From NCBI GenBank assembly GCA_035221665.1, contig CM069164.1:19840001-19904000 (forward strand): a stretch of DNA of 64,000 nucleotides, written 5' to 3'. This stretch comes from Okamejei kenojei. Its lineage: Eukaryota. Shown here piece after piece: positions 35,701 through 47,700 of the stretch. The first letter of the stretch is position 1. Every line of letters starts with the position of its first letter. Under the pieces are notes generated by a model. It saw only the letters and a list, made by a program, of their open reading frames with translations. It was not told where the DNA came from and ran no database searches. A program made the translations under genes and the position numbers.

Positions 35701-38700
35701 TACTCTGCAACATGTATAGAAAATAAATGAATTATATGCTAGTTGGAGTAATAGTCAATAGTCTGCAAAAAATGCCAACCAAACACTACCGAATCCCTGC
35801 GTGCTCCATTAATGGAATTTTACTGCTTGAATTGTTGTATGTTATTGTCTGGATATCAAATAAAACAATACTGGAAGTAGTCAGCAGGTCAAGCAGCATT
35901 TTGTGGGGAGAGGAACAAAGTCAATGTTTTATTTTATTAGTCGACGTCATACTTAGAAAGTAGTACTCCTACCTCTCAATTCCAACAACCCACATTTGGT
36001 CCCTTGGTGCGGTCTGAGTGGAGTGTGCTTGTTCTCCCTGCAAGTGTTTGGGTTTCCCCCTGAATCATCTTGTTTCCTCTCGCATCCCAGCGATACGCTG
36101 TTTGATTGGCTATCTTGCATTGCCCATAGTATTGGTGGGTGGGAGGAGAACTGGGGTGGAGCTGATGGGCAGGTGAGAGAAGCCAAATTGCATGGAAATG
36201 GTGAAATTGATTATTCTGAGAACTGGTGTAGATTCATTGGGCTGAAATAACTACCTTTATTGTAAGAAAATGGAATCAACGAAGTTAATGCCCCTGCATC
36301 ATAACTAGAATATAAAGTAACCATATAACCATATAACAATTACAGCACGGAAACAGGCCCTCTCGGCCCTTCCAGTCCGTGCCGACCATTTATTTTCCCC
36401 TAGTCCCATCTACCTGCACTCAGACCATACCCCTCCTTTCCCTCTGGGTCGGTGAGCAGGGAAAAGTTTAAACAGGCAATCAGAAGCACTAAAAAGTGCC
36501 ACGAAGTATCCCATGCGACTAAGATTAAGGAGAAATGCAAGGCATTTTATGCATACATTAAAATCAAGAGGGTCACTAGGGAGAGGATAAGGCCCACCCG
36601 AGGACAAAGGAAGGAATTTATACCTGGAGCTGAAGGAAAAGGCTGAGAAAGTAAATGAGTACTTCATATCAGTATTCACCAAGGAGAATAACATCGAGTA
36701 TAGTGGCATCTTGGAGGGGAATGTTATTCCTCTATAACAGGGGTTCTCAACCAGGGGGGAATCCCCCCCAGGGGGGGATTTCAGGTTATCAGGGGGGGAA
36801 TTGGGACCACAGATTAGCAAACTCAAACTGTTAGAATGTTGATCTTTTTATTGCCTTTGCATATTATTTGGAATGCACTTTTTGAGGCAGACAATCTTGG
36901 AAAGGAGGGAGGAATGACATTCTGACATATGGTGAAAGGGGTGCATGGGGCAAACAAGGTTGAGAACCACTGCTCTGTAAGAAGAGGTGTTGGGTCTCTT
37001 GTGGAGCATAACAGGCCCTTAGTCCCACAACATGTGTGCTGAATGTGAAGCCAAGACACTCTCATCCACCTGCATACAATCCACACACCCCATTCTCTGC
37101 ACATCCATATGCCTATCCAAAAGTGTCTTAAATGCCACTATTATATCTGCCTCAACCACCAACTCCATGATGGAGCGGTGTGTTTCAGTCTGGAAGTATG
37201 TGACCAGTGGTGTTCTGCAAGAATCAGTGCTAACCTCTTGCTTGGTATATAAATGTTTTGGATGAAAATATAGATGGGCTGATTAAGTTTGCAAATGACA
37301 CAAAACTTGGCAGAGTTGCAGAAGAAGGTTGTCAAAATGTGCAGCAGGATATAGAACAGTTGGAAATATGGGTGGATGGAGTTTAATTAGGCCAAGTATG
37401 AGGTCTAGTATTGGGGCGGATTAAATGTAAACATTTAGGAGCTTTAATGTATGGAGATCTTGGGATGCAAGCCCACAGTTGCCTGAAAGCGGCAACATGA
37501 GTGGATAGGGTGGCAAAGAAGGCGTATGGCATGCTTGCTGCCTTTGGTCAGGATATTGAATATAAAAGTTGGGAAATATCCTTTGGAGAATATGCAGAAA
37601 AGGTTTACCAGGATGTTTCCTGAATTAGAGAATATCAGCTGCAAGGAAAGGCCGGGGAAATTTAGATTGTTTTCTCTCAAGTCAGAGACTGATCGGCAAC
37701 TTGATGGAACTGTTTAAAGTTGAGAGGCATAAATAGGGTGTATAATTTTTTTCCCAGAGTGGAAGTGTCAAATACCAGAACACACAGCTTTAGGGTAAAG
37801 AAGATGTATTTTGCAGAGTAGCCAGTGCCTAGAATGTACTGCCAGTGGATGTTTAGTTTAGTGATATAGCACAGAAACAGTTCCTTCGGCCCACCGAGTC
37901 TGCACCGACCAGTGTTCCCCGCACATTAACACTACCTGACTCACACTAGGGACAATTTACACTTATTCCAAGCCAATTTACCAACAAACCTGTACGTCTT
38001 TGGAGTGTGGGCGGAAACCGAAGATCTCAGAGAAACCCACGCGGTCATGGGGAGAATGTACAAACTCCGTGCAGACAGCACCCGTAATCAGGATTGAACC
38101 CAGGTCTCCGGCGCTGTAGGGCAGCAACTCTTCATTGTTGTGCCACCGTGCCAGATGTGGTGGAAGCAAACATGATAGCAATGTTTGAGAGGCACTTAGA
38201 CGGGCACCAGTCGACAGGGAATGAAGGAATATTGAATGCGTGCTCAATATTTTGTGGTTAATATTCTTTACAATGTTATGGTATTAGGAGTTGCACAGTG
38301 GCACAGCTGGTGAAGCTGCTGCCTCATGGCACCAGAGACCGGGATTTGATCTTGACATTGGGTGCTGTCTGTGTGAAGTTTGCACATTCTCCCTGTGTCC
38401 GCGTGGACTTACTTGCTATTCATTCAGGCCCAGATCACCTCTCTGGTCATTGTTATTATCAAATCATTTTTGGATGTGTTTTCCAAATCTGGGAATATTT
38501 TTTGCATTCGCTGTAATTATTCTTGTAATTCGCTTATCCAACATGTTAATGATAGAAAATGGGTTAAGATACAGTCAGAATTACAAATTAGAGATTTGGC
38601 CTTGAACTTTCCCCGTCAATGTATTTCTACTTGAACTGTTCTCTACTCCAAACTTTCCAGAACACAGATATGATCTGTCAGAAATCTAAGGTAAGAATCA

Positions 38701-41700
38701 CTGGTCATACCACATGTTTAACTAAGTCTTGCAATCTATCTTGTGTGGAGAGACTTCATTGTTCAAAAGATTTTGATGTATGTGCTTTTCTTGTTGGTAA
38801 GACTTAGGCAGTGTATAATCAAATAATCTCAACAGTTTAGCATTAAGGGAATGTTAAGGGCATATTTAAAATGCTATCTGTGATCTAATGTTAAATTACA
38901 GCTTTTTCTGTCTGCCTAGGAGGAAGTAAAAGATCCCATGCTGTTGTTTAAAGATCAGTGAGTTTTCATGGTGGCCTTGCTAACATTTGTCCGTAAATTA
39001 ACCACGATAAACAGATGTTCTAGATTTTTTTATCTATCCTGTTTGTGTAACCTATACTCCACTTACTTCCGTCAGTATCATAAATAAGTGACTGCATTTC
39101 TTTTGAAAACTAACCCATAGGTGGTAAAATGCTAGCCTGCTTCACTTGCTTCTCATCAAATGCTTTATTAGGTTTAACAGTTACAGGTTTTCCATTAGTT
39201 CTATTTTCATTAGTTCTATTTGCATGCCTGTGTCTGTTGTTTATTTCTTGATCAAAGTTTACAAGTTTCTGCACCAGTGCTTTGCAAATTGTTTTTTTTT
39301 AAATAATTCTTGTTCTGCATAGAATTATTAATTTATATAATCGATTAGACTTTATGGCCGATTAAGTCTATGCTTGAATAGATCAGATATAATTAATGAA
39401 AATCCCCAAAACAGCATATGCTGGAAAACTCAAATAAAAACAGAAAATGCTGAAATAGTTTAGTTTATTGTCCTGTGCATCAAGGTACAGTGAAAATCTG
39501 TTTTGGTTGTGTGCTATCCTGTCCGCAGAAATTTTACATGATTACAATCAAGCTGCCCACAGTGTACAGGTATAGGATAAAGCCAATAATGTTTAGTGCA
39601 AGCCCAGTAAAGTCCAATCAAAGATAGTCCGAGAGTTTCCAATGAGGTTGATGGTAGCTCAGGACTGCTCTCTGGTTGGTGATAGGATGGTTCAGTTGTC
39701 TGACAACAGCTGGGAAAATACTGTCCCTGAATCTGGAGGTGTGCGTTTTCACACTCCTGTACCTCTTGCCTGATGGGAGAGGGAAAAGGAGCGAGTTTCT
39801 GGCGTGAGACTCGTCCTTGATTATGCTGGTGGCCTTGCCGAGGAGTCAATAAACAATCGGCAGCACAAGCAGCATCTGTGGCAGGAGAAACAATTTAACA
39901 TTTCAGATCGCATCTCTTCATCAGACTTAATAGCATAACTGAGGAAGCAAAAATAACAGATCAAATGAAGAGACCGAGACCTGAAACTTCAATTATTATT
40001 TCATCTGTTCCAGATGCTGTCTGACATGCTGAGTCTTTTCCAGCCTTTTCTGTTAAAAATATAATCACATTTCTTTCCTTTTCCCCCATTTTTCTATGGC
40101 TTTCACTGCTTCAATGTTTTATCAGCTCTTTATTTGCTAATATATGGGTCTGCCTCAGCTACTCCAAATGACAAACGGGGACGATGATTAAACACCTCTA
40201 AATTAAAATTATCCTTGATTTTTATTTTGTTTGTACGCTACACAACACTAACCTCAGCAAATGTGAACTTCGATGAATTGTATTTGGTTGATCTAAGAAC
40301 TTCACGTATTATGGTTATTAATTTATTGCATGTTTAACAATTCTAGTATATTATCTTTGTGTATTGTGTTTATGGGCTTGTTAAGATTAGTTTAGTTTAG
40401 AGGTAGACCGCGGAAACAGGCGCTTCGGCCCACCGAGTCCCCGCCGACTAACACTGTCCTACACGCACTAGGGACAATTTAATAATAATAATTGAATTTA
40501 ATAATAATAATTTCATTGTTCTGTTGTCAGTACATCTGACAACGAAACACTCCCATGACTCTTGTCTTGACTTGCTGTTACACCAACAACAATTCCCAGC
40601 CAAAGCAAATAGTCTTTACCATTTCTTCTATAAAAAAAATTCTCCATGACGTAATCACTAAACTTCATTTTAGCCCTTTTCGTTGCAAGAATATTTTAAG
40701 TATCTTAGAATGTTCTTCATAGTACAACAGGTTTATCAACATTCAGAGTGAAAGAGACAGATTAACCTTTGAGACAGAATGTGGTAGAACTGAAAGATGA
40801 AGTATTTCAATAGAAAATTTAAAAAAAGGGGCTGTTGCAAATTCATTGGATTTATTACACATTTATAATAACATTAAATGATCTTACACTAACTCTGAAT
40901 CTTTAGAATGACTTGGAATTATATTATTTGCCTCTTTTTTTAGCTTTCAAAATTTTGCTAAAATACTGTATTTTTGGTCTACATTTTCAGTAAGAGCATA
41001 ATAAATATCCCAAATAATATCTATTTTTCCTAATTGCATTTGTTGACCCTCTCTCACATCCTTTTTAATTTTAGATCCAATATTTGCATACTTTGTGTGT
41101 CTTTATATATCATTAAAAGCTGGAAATGCTTTGGGTTTAGTTATGTTTAACTTAACAACAAATGGTTCAATAGGTCCACAAAAGCTAAAGCCATATCTTC
41201 AATTCCATCTGTTCAGAAATTCAGATAAATCTGTTGTCCAGTTGTTTTCAGAGAAGAGTTTACCTATTGGAACGAAGAACATTGGAGCGTCAAAGTTTTT
41301 AAAATTTATAGTGGATGCAACCAAATTGCACTGGCCAAGCACACAAGTGAAATTACAATTGCAGGTTTCTGCTAAATGGTAACCTTGCGGTGACAATCTA
41401 TTGAGAGTAAGCCAAATACAACGAGTGTTTCCTTGTTTGAACTTTTTAATCGGCTGACATTTTGCCAATCTGATCAGTGCAAATAGCATTCACTCCTGTG
41501 GATTAAAATGTTGTTGTTTATGTTGAATAGCAGTCTGGCAGACTGCACCATATGGCAATTTAATCTTCGGTAGGCCATAAAAAAACAGATCTTTAGCAGG
41601 ATGTTAGTGTTTTCTGCGGGTTTGCAGTTCTGGTGATTGGTATTACCTTTTTTATGAGTAGTGCCAGTTTATTTTCTGTTTTGGGCATAGCCGCTGAGCA

Positions 41701-44700
41701 TAAATATGAGGAATGAATTACTCTCATCCTTCATTTGCTTGTACATTAAAGTGGACATGAGTGAACAGAAGTTGCTCATTAACAGTGAAAGTTTCAGGAA
41801 TCAGATGTTTTATTAATTAATGTTTTGGAACCCAAATTAATGCGTTTCATCAGTTGAGTGAATATGTAGTACAACATTTTAGTTTTCGAGTTATTTTAGG
41901 AACTACTATCCTTTAAAAAACAATGATTTTAGAAGCACAAGTGCACGAGAAAGTTATTTAATCCAGGAGATTTTTGCAGAATTCCATTGCTCTTGGTTCT
42001 TTAAAAAAAAATTGGATATATGTTTGATGTGCACGTTGTTTTCAAGGTAAATATATTTTTCTACTTGGATCTCTCAATTTCCTTTACTCAGGCTTTATTT
42101 GAGAAATTATCCCATTATTAGTATATACAGAAGCTGATCGAGAGCCTGTTTCAGGCCAATCACTGAGATTTATATGACCTCAAGGTTGGATAATTCATTA
42201 TTAAAACTGGTATATTAGTGGAATACAATTACTGCATGTTGTCAAACTTCCTAATGTTTTGGCAGAAATTCAGCCTCTAACCACCCGGCATGGATCCAGT
42301 TTCGATCCCGACGGGTGCTGTTCTGTACGGAGTTTGTACTTGTTCTCCCCGTGACCACGCATGTGTCCTCCGAGATCTTCAGTTTCCTCCCACATTTCAA
42401 AGACACACAGGTTTATAGGTGAATTGGCTTTGGTATAAGTATAAATTGTCTCTAGTGTGTGTAGGATAGTGTTAATGTGCGGGGATCGCTGGTCGGTGCA
42501 GACTCGGGCCAAAGGGCCTGTTTCTGCACTGTATTTCTAAACTAAACCCATATGACTTTTATTAGCTGATGGAATATCACTCCATTTTAATATCATTTAA
42601 ATAGCTGATGGAATATCACTCCAAATAATACTGAATTATGATTTTGTTTAAGTTCATGCACAGACAGCATGGGAAGACAATGGTTTATTTGCTATCAACT
42701 TTAGATGATTGGCTTGTTTATGCTTAAGTTGCAGAATGGATTTTGCAGATTTGCAATCAGCGCACTAAAGCGCAAGTTTAAACATAAGAGGTTAGATGCT
42801 GAAAATTACCAGATAGTCGAAATAAAATTTAATGTTCACTTTGACAGCTGGATTTGATAGGTCAACATAAACGTACACAAACCTTTGCTCAACAAACAAA
42901 AGTAAATTCATCTGATTTCTCGCATCGTTTACATGCTTATTTTTCATGGCTAAACCTTATTTGGCTTAAGTTTCTTATATGACTGAAAATGGGAAAGTAT
43001 TAATGCAGATTATTTCCACTCTCATCAAGATCGCAGTTTGCTTTCAGAGGTGAGGGGACAAATACAACTGAGTTTGAATATGCTTTCATTATAAGACTTT
43101 GGATGTATGTAGTTTCATCTGTTTTTTTATTCCTTCTATAGTGTTGGACTGAGTCGATGACTTCCAGTCAGTCTTTGCCATATACTTTAAACACCACATC
43201 ATTCATAAGATGAACATGGGCTGTTTGCAGACTTCTTGCCAGCCATAACCTAATGCTTCAATTTCTCGTAGCCATTGGGAAAGTTGGCATCACTATTTCG
43301 GAAAGGTTAATTACCTCATTCATTGTGCTGTTTAAAAAAATAATTGCAGAAGGCTGGCCGAGATGGGAGAGTGGTTTTATACTTGACCAGGCCTCCTCTG
43401 CCACATTTGGAAAACACCCAGAACACACATTGATCGTTTTGAAGCTCATTGCTGTTAAGTTATTCAAAAAGACTAACAATTAAAACTAAATAATGGAAAA
43501 AAGTTAAATTAAGTTTGAATGACAGGTGCTCCCCAGCTTACAAATGCCCGACTTATGTCCTGCCGGTACATACGAGTGAGCGTTTGGGAGACTAATGGGA
43601 TGGATTGGGCAGATTCTGCAGGAATGCAGATATCTACTCCCGTCTGGGAACTTGGTTCGTGTCTGGCATTTTCAATGTGGACTGTTTGGGTTACGAGCAG
43701 TTTGCAAGGATTGAACCGTGCTGTAACCCGGAGGACCTAAAGGTCATAAAATAATAAGTAATTCAAAATAAGAATATAAGTAAAGCAATGAATCACCAAC
43801 ATTTTTTTCCACAGGGTCTTTAAATCTGTTCACAAATTGGCTTGTGCTAATCGGTCATGGCGGGCATACAGCTGAGGGGACAGGACGGGATGGCTGAGGG
43901 ATGAGATGACTACCAAGTGATCCAAGATCTCAGCTCAGCACATCATAGTTCTGGCCCTGGCCTTGCTGGTGAGTCTAGCACTGGACCACCAGCTGGCCCC
44001 CATTCATGTACTTCAGTACAGAATGGAAGTTGAATGGGGGTTGAACAGAAAGCAAGAGCTGGCTTGCATTTTCTGTGTGAACTTACTTTCAAAAAGTAAA
44101 TACAATTTGGCTTGATGACAAAATGGAAAATCTTTGTGGTGCGCGGCCAGCAGCTATGCTTTATTAAACATTGCTTTATTTTGGTGTCGAAAAGGCTAGC
44201 TTTTAAAAGGTATAAACTTGCAAAAGATGTTCGGGTATGTCCCACGGTTGTGATAGAATATATTATGGTTTGAGTAAATAAGAGAAGATTCATCCCTTTA
44301 ACTGTTGTGTAGCTACATTTATAGAGATTTCGCTATAAATAACTTAAGATCACCTCTCTTTTTTCAATTACACGTATTTCACTTTTATACATTTTCTGAT
44401 TCATAATTGTAACTTAGATTTTACAAATGTTGAAGTTTAGTTTTCCCTACTTGACATATCAAATGTTTCAAAACGTAACAGCATAGTTATTATCTGGAAG
44501 TTTAGGCAGCTATTGTCAGCTCCATGGGTACACAAAATGCTGGAGAAACTCAGTGGGTGCAGCAGCATCTATGGAGTGAAGGAGATGGGCAACGTTTTGG
44601 GCCGAAACCCTTCTTCAGACTTCGCTCCATAAATGCTGCGGCACCCGCTGAGTTTCTCCAGCATTTTGTGTACCCTCGAATTTCCAGCATCTGCAGTTCC

Positions 44701-47700
44701 TTCTTTAACATATTGTCAGCTCCATCATGCTTAATCTCTATCCATACACAGTCTGTCTGACTTGGATGTCATTTCTGGTTGGGAAAAAGAGCATGAATAA
44801 GTTCCTGAGTTTATACTGGATTTGTTTAGCATAAACATTTATTTGACAGACTAAGGAGGACAAAAACAGCTAAATGTTATAAAAGGAAGGAAGCTAGGCG
44901 TGTGGAAAGGTTAATTAAGCAAAACCAGGGCGGAGAGTGGAATGAATATTGATGGAGTTTGCAAGGCACCATGCATGAACTTTTTGATCCTGTAATCTTT
45001 TAGAATGTGGTCTTTGTGTGGGAAAGCGACTACAAAATCAAAGATCAAAACAGGAACAAAATTATGAATCTTGTAATAGAGAACACCCATTTTATTTTTT
45101 AGCTCTGTATTTTTGTAATTTGTGACGAAGTATTAACACCGTAAAATTTATTTTCCTTATTGTTTTTGGGAACTTTTTTTTTCTCCCTCAGTCAACAACA
45201 ATATTTTGGTGAAGTACTATTATAAACAGTGTCTTAAATACATCGACAGGTGAAGCCTGTTTAATAATCGCCATGGAGTAACATAGTGATAATCATGCCT
45301 GTTGTGTCAATGACTGCTCTTGGAAAATATTACACAATTCATCCCAATTCCTCGTCTTTTGCCTGTAGTTCTGTAAAGTATTCCTGTTCCCTTCTGAAAG
45401 ATAAATCCCCTCAAGATTTGAACAGCTGTCGAATCTCTCTTTAACCTTTTCTGTGTTAATGAGGTCAGTTGTTCTTGTGTAACTGAAGGTCTTGATCACT
45501 CAATAATTTGTATAATACTTGGAATTGTTAGAAGGTGGTGCCCAGATTTAGCAGCAACAGTCGGTGAACAAGAGATCAGTCTGTTATAAAGCTTTGGCAA
45601 AGAATGACTTAACTTGTTGAGGTGTTTAAGAAAGAACTGCAGATGCTGGAAAAATCGGTAGACAAAAATGCTGGAGAAACTCAGCGTGTGAGGCAGCATC
45701 TATGAAGCAAAGGAATAGGTGAAGTTTTGGGTCGACCGAAACGTTGCCCATTTCCTTCGCTCCATTGATGCTGCCTCACCCGCTGAGTTTCTCCAGCATT
45801 TTTGTCTACCTAACTAGTTGAGGCATCGGTAGCTGAATCATAAGATGAGGGAGATGATCTGTTTGAACGCCAGTCGGTTGTGCATCATCAACAATAGCCA
45901 GGATAATGTGGTTATTGTCAACTGACTCAACTACTTTCTCTGGCAGTGTAGGAAGGACCTGCAGATGCTGATTTAAACCGAAGATAGCATGTCTGGAGAG
46001 AAGGAATGGGTGACGTTTCGGGTCCAGACCCTTCCTCGGACTGAAGAGCTGCTGCCTGTCCCCCTAGGTTACCCCAGCTTTTTGTCTCTATCTTGAGTCA
46101 TTAAACTGCCTGGTATACCCTCCAGATAAATGTGAAATATCCAGTGATTTTATTTCAAACATCTGTGTGGATTAAGTCATTCTTTAATGAAGGATCTCAA
46201 CCCGAGACATCGCCCATTCCTTCTCTCCAGAGATGCTGCCTGTCCCGCTGAGTTACTCCAGCATTTTGTGTCCACCTTCGATTTAAACCACCATCTGCAG
46301 TTCTTTCCTACACATGCTGCCTGTCCCGCTGAGTTACTCCAGCATGACATGTCTACCTACCTTCCCCGGCAACATGTTAAATAATAGCTGTATTCCTGTT
46401 TACCACAAATTCCCATTTTCTGCTTGTAGCTGCAAACCACAATTCTAGTCTAGTTCTATTTTTTGTGTTTATACTTGAACAAATCAAACATTCATGACTC
46501 AATTTTTTGGTCATTCACTTAATAAACATCCATTCACAGGAAACATTTTTTTTTTTGCAATTGACACAACGCTGTTTAAATAGCCATGTTTCTTTTGTTC
46601 ATATCAACTCTTCCAATGAACAAAATCAAATTCAGTTAAAATCAATAGTTGTTCAAATCTTTCCCCTGGAACCTGCAAAATCATGGAATAATTAAAGAAA
46701 ATTCGAGGGAAATGTTTTATTGCAGTGAGTGGTTGATATCTGCAATGCTCTTTAGTGGGATAAGGATAAAATCATTTATGTTGAAGCTACATCTGGGCAG
46801 ACACTAACATAGGCACGGCATAGAAGGGATTAGTCTATATGGGGGGGGGGGGGGGGGGTAGGGGAAAGGTTAGCATGGATGTGGTGGGCCTGTACAAATC
46901 TGTCTTTTATGGAAATTTTATAGGAAGACTAAAAGTTTAATTCTGTAACTCCACCTAGAGGACTTTATTTGTTTTGCAATTATCTGTTCCAAGCTTGGTC
47001 CATTTCTGTGAACAGTGTGCTTACTTTGAAATATATTTTCACCTTCTTATTGATTCATATTCACATCATGGAGCTTTGAGTTTGAATTTAGTTTATTGGT
47101 AGCTCACCTTATAAACCAGTAATATTCTCGAGTTAGCCATTAAGCACGTACAGACGGCAGTGGGAGAAAAGTCATTGTCTTCTGTCTTCCCCAATTAAAA
47201 TGTCCAGAATGAGGGGACAAAGGGTGTAGATTTGAATTATGTTCTATGTTCAAGTGGAATTTGTTTTAATCCTGAATCCTAACAATACAGTTATCAAAAC
47301 TTACAAAGCATGAGCAGTTTTTTAAATTGAATATTCAAATAGGTTAAGTCACCAATATTTCTCATTTTATTATTATATAGGTGTTGCATGCTAAAGTATT
47401 AAATTAGATTGCAGATAGACAAATTGCTTTTTCATTTCATATAAATGTCAACAGAATATCAAAATTTTAAAATCCAATTTTTTTCATAGAAATAGATAAC
47501 AATTGAGTCAGTCAAAATAGCATCTCTTTAAGGTTCTGCTTATTGGTAATAGATCTCCCTGATTTAGCAAGAACTACAATTACAGCGTTGAAGTAGAAGA
47601 AAATGTAATCTACATCTCATTTGAGCAGGTTGCCTGAGAGTGGGGTGGGTGAAAAGAATATGTAATTTACGATGGTCAATAAATGATGAAATCTGTCATT

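Noticed and set aside
37851-38152. tRNA gene from A/B-box-like motifs
   Set aside because: It is the tRNA-derived head of a SINE, with no complete cloverleaf
42563-42623. 22-bp direct repeat TAGCTGATGGAATATCACTCCA with 17-bp spacer (CRISPR-like)
   Set aside because: Only two units in eukaryotic intron DNA; a simple local duplication
46841-46858. Poly-G/poly-C runs (also 28-43, 5996-6009, ~16117-16134)
   Set aside because: Simple homopolymers, mostly within repeats; length may be an assembly artefact
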